64,000 bases of DNA from Fistulifera solaris (Eukaryota): assembly GCA_030295235.1 (NCBI GenBank), contig AP026151.1:310001-374000 (forward strand), given 5' to 3'. Under the pieces are notes generated by a model. The model was not told where the DNA came from. It ran no database searches and saw only the letters and a list, made by a program, of their open reading frames with translations. This document shows, piece by piece, positions 61,886 through 64,000 of the stretch. Positions within the stretch are counted from its first letter, which is position 1; the number at the start of each line of letters is the position of its first letter. Position numbers and translations under genes: made by a program.

Positions 61886-62489
61886 TTAACCTCAGGTATT
61901 CAGCTGAGGCAAATCCGATAACGTCTTGGCTTGACCACGTTTCATCTTTCTTCGTCCTTTATTGTTGCTGGTTCCGCCTTTCTTGGCCTTTTTCTTCCAA
62001 GGCGGACCGCAAATCTTGTGACGCATCGGCCTTTTTCAAGTAATCCAAATTAAAGAGCGAGGCCCAATACGCCTTGGTCATGGCAAAGAACGTGATCGGA
62101 TTCAACGAAGCTTTGAGAATATACGGAATGTGCAGCCAACTATTCTTCTTTTTTCTTCTTGGTGCTGGTTAGCTTCTTATTTACTTCTGTTTTGAGCGAG
62201 GCCTTTTCGTTGCTTCGACTTTCGCTTTTGTTTTGGCGGTAGCGCTGACCGTCGCGGCGGCAAGTTTGGCCGTATCGACTATTTCTTCTTCCTCCTCGTC
62301 ATCTTCCAATTCATTTTCCTCTTCTTCTTCTTCTTCTTCGGTCGTCAAGAGTGTTTCGTCCGATACAGTGGCACCTCCCCGGCCGACGGCAGTGATGAGC
62401 GCCGGCGTTCGAATTTGAAAAGCATCAGCCTCGTGAGTCATCAGTGCCGCTAATAGGGCACTGATGGCAACGGCCCACAATCGCACCAT
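61886..62489 (-). CDS. Candidate selenoprotein (SelK/SelS-like, about 200 aa) ending -Thr-Sec-Gly, with signal peptide
   Basis: Signal peptide ending ADA-FQ, RGG, poly-acidic tract, Lys-rich helix, hydrophobic WLHIPYILKASLNPITFFAMTKAYWASLFNL and basic tail KMKRGQAKTLSDLPQLNT. Then TGA (61894-61892), GGT and TAA (61888-61886). Needs three A-run indel corrections (near 62205, 62150 and 61990). Confidence 0.8.
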
Positions 62490-62861
62490 GGCCGTTATTG
62501 AAGTTTCACAAATAATAATGGTTTGTTGTGTTGCAAAACGAGAGCCTGTGGGGAGTTTCGTTCGTCGTGTTGGTGGCGTCCGTTTGTCGTTGCGAAAATT
62601 ACACGTGGTGTCTTTCCGGGGTCATGCAATTGAACTCGGGACCTAACAATCGTGACTCGTGCGACGACGCCAATCAGAAGTCGAAGCCAACAAGATCAAC
62701 TAGAGATCGCATTGACTAGAATATAGTAATGAAAATGATCTCCTATTTATAGCATTGATCTAGAGAAGATACAGCAAAACGCAAGATGAATCATGCACTT
62801 CTACTGGTATATAGTTTACTTTCATCAATGAGCAGCAGCACAACTCCAACATCCAGATTTT

Positions 62862-64000
62862 TTATGCGGCAGCGACAGTTTCTTCTGCCTCAACTTCTTC
62901 CTTGTCCGTCCACATATCATACTCTTTGATGAGTTCTACCAAGGCTTCTACGGCTTGCTCGTTGGGAATGTTCTTTCGCACCACTTCCTTTCCGTAGTAC
63001 AAATCGACCTTTCCGGGTAAAGTTCCGACGTAACCAAAGTCCGCATCCGCCATTTCTCCGGGTCCATTGACAATGCATCCCATGACCGCAATTGTGACAC
63101 CGGGCAAGTGTCCGGTAGCCTCCTGGATGCTGGCGGTCGTTTCCTGCAAGTCAAATAGCGTTCGACCACAGGATGGGCACGAGACGAATTCAGTCTTTGT
63201 GTTCCTCATACGACTTCCTTGCAACAGAGAGAACGAAGTGGTTCGGAGGAAATCGACAGAAAATGGGGATGACGATCCAGTGTGATCAATCATCACACCG
63301 TCTCCATTACCATCCGTGAGCAGTGATCCTACTTTGGTACCAAGTTGGAGCGCTAGCTCGTTCGAGTCGCTGGTATCGGTCTTGAACTGGTGAATCACCG
63401 CGACATTGATTTCCTCTTTCTTCAGAATCTCGAAGACGCGACGAGAGGCATGGAGAGAAGATAGCTCCTCCTTGATATTGAGAAGAGCCATGACAGGATT
63501 TAACTCTTTCATCTTGGCCAAAGATTCCTCGCTCTCATCTCCTCTGATGGTCACTGCAAGTCGAATGGCACCGGCGGGTAGCTGGAGCAACATCAAAGAC
63601 CGTTAGCCGACGAAACAGAGTAATGCAGTCATTCAAAAACCCTTACCTTTCCACCGCAAGCAATGGCGTCCTCCAGATCCATCAAAGCCACAGCATTCGG
63701 AAGAGGGTCTTTCTCGAGCTCTTCCGCAGGAACTATCACTCCCATGCTAACTTCGATCAGGCGACGAATGCCTGTACGGGCAACAGTATCCGACGAGGGC
63801 GGAACCTTTCGCAGCAAGATGGAATCGGTCGTGGCAATGTCTTTGAAGGGCATACCGACTGCCGTTTTGCAGCCCAACTCCTTGTAAAGATATTGAACAT
63901 TCTCTTTGCTAAACATTTCAGGGCCAACCACACTCAAGACCGAGCCATCACGATGCAAAAATCCTCGAACATCCACAGCATCACCTTCCTGTTGGGCCGG
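62862..64000 (-). CDS. ispG: 4-hydroxy-3-methylbut-2-enyl diphosphate synthase (IspG/HDS, MEP pathway), 5' part outside the window
   Basis: EFVSCPSCGRTLFDLQ and MGCIVNGPGEMADADFGY Fe-S motifs; LHRDGSV insertion-domain motif; intron 63582-63646. Confidence 0.96.

Noticed and set aside
2300..62210. Programmed ribosomal frameshifting at the many frame breaks
   Set aside because: Breaks occur in unrelated genes, in both directions and at simple homopolymers, with no consistent slippery site or downstream structure.

Overview
Gene-dense eukaryotic nuclear DNA, almost certainly a diatom and probably a pennate one. Evidence: short GT-AG introns of about 60-80 nt, bipartite signal-plus-Phe plastid presequences, and lineage-specific ankyrin-like, MYND and LRR-like families. 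I can support about 31 protein-coding loci, including an M1 aminopeptidase, MnmE, a cNMP-bestrophin fusion, peptidase C69, a HERC-type E3, a CLC channel, a WNK kinase, a prolyl 4-hydroxylase, a TLDc protein, SDE2, an Atg22-like MFS transporter, eIF3L and IspG. Many genes are split by single-base indels, mostly in homopolymers, which are probably assembly errors. Best finding: the small minus-strand gene at 61886-62489 ends ...PQLNT-TGA-GGT-TAA and has a well-formed form-2 SECIS element about 85 nt downstream. That makes it a candidate selenoprotein ending Thr-Sec-Gly, SelK/SelS-like but with a signal peptide and plastid-type presequence. Other leads are a cAMP-binding-domain bestrophin with TGACGT elements upstream, a membrane-anchored plastid repeat protein that could be a pyrenoid or thylakoid linker, and two dispersed palindromic motif families in intergenic DNA. 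I saw no rRNA, tRNA, CRISPR array or intact transposon. All family assignments are by motif recognition only; no searches were run.
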